DNA of 64,000 nucleotides from Styela clava (Eukaryota): assembly GCF_964204865.1 (NCBI RefSeq), contig NC_135259.1, forward strand, positions 20,088,001 to 20,152,000, read 5' to 3'. The notes beneath the pieces are model-generated. The model was not told where the DNA came from, did no database searches, and was given only the letters and a program-made list of their open reading frames with translations. This document shows, piece by piece, positions 63,461-64,000 of this stretch. Numbering within the stretch: position 1 is the first letter of the stretch; every line of letters starts with the position of its first letter. The translations under genes and the position numbers were made by a program.

Positions 63461-63757
63461 GAGGCCAAACCATGGCCGCTATGGCCAAACCAAGACTGCT
63501 ATGGCCAAACTATGTCCGCTATGGCCAAACCATAGCCGCTATGGCCAAACCATGGCCGCTATGGCCAAATCAAGACCGCTATGGCCAAACCATAGCCGCT
63601 ATGGCCAAACCATAGCCTCTATGGCCAAACCATGGCCGCTATGGCCAAACCAAGACCGCTATGGCCAAACCATGGCCGCTATGGCCAAACCAAGACCGCT
63701 ATGGCCAAACTATGTCCGCTATGGCCAAACCATAGCCGCTATGGCCAAACCATGGCG
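63461..63757. repeat. 20-bp minisatellite, about 15 units, inside an interspersed element
   Basis: Unit ATGGCCAAACCATGGCCGCT and variants; flanks 63425-63460 and 63758-63864 match 59501-59667. Confidence 0.95.
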
Positions 63758-64000
63758 GATGACTTTTGCGCTGACACAAACAATTGCGTGTGACGGGGTA
63801 CCACGGCAGCAAAATAGAAACTATGGCGGGTAATAAAGTATGCTGCCACAAACCATGGCATGTAGTAATTCAGTAAAGTATAAAAAATTTATTTACTTAG
63901 TGGCTATTTATAGAAGAGTGTATATGTTATTTCTTATACTATTTTCTTGTTGTTTTGGTCTAGTGCCTATGCTCTGTAATTTGGAACGATAAGTTAAAAA

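Noticed and set aside
63427-63833. Repetitive ORFs of 62 and 126 aa
   Set aside because: They result from a stop-poor 20-bp minisatellite; the unit is not a multiple of 3 and the sister element lacks the array

Overview
AT-rich, repeat-dense DNA from a eukaryote. It is an invertebrate animal, and the short GT-AG introns and repeat content would fit a tunicate, but that is inference. Only one intact protein-coding gene can be supported: an 8-exon, minus-strand Neverland/DAF-36-type Rieske sterol desaturase (44052-52304, 457 aa as assembled by hand). The left half holds an old triplicated block of about 5-6 kb: copy A ~6950-12300, copy B ~12400-18950 and inverted copy C ~19468-25950. B and C form a large imperfect palindrome centred on two divergent tRNA-Pro(AGG) copies. 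One tRNA has an A14>T change, the other is split by a 467-bp hAT MITE with an 8-bp target-site duplication (TSD), and a third decayed tRNA-Pro lies between them. The best-conserved parts of the block carry nuclear-receptor direct repeats (two DR5, one of them 6 bp upstream of a TATA-like box) and decayed exon-like segments, suggesting a multiplied and mostly dead nuclear-receptor-responsive gene. The rest is MITEs (hAT families with 8-bp TSDs, plus an abundant family with 6-bp TSDs), tRNA-derived SINEs, minisatellites, local duplications and a few low-confidence gene relics (receptor tyrosine kinase-like, GT31-like, EGF-repeat-like). No CRISPR array, rRNA or autonomous transposon was seen. All alignments were made by eye.
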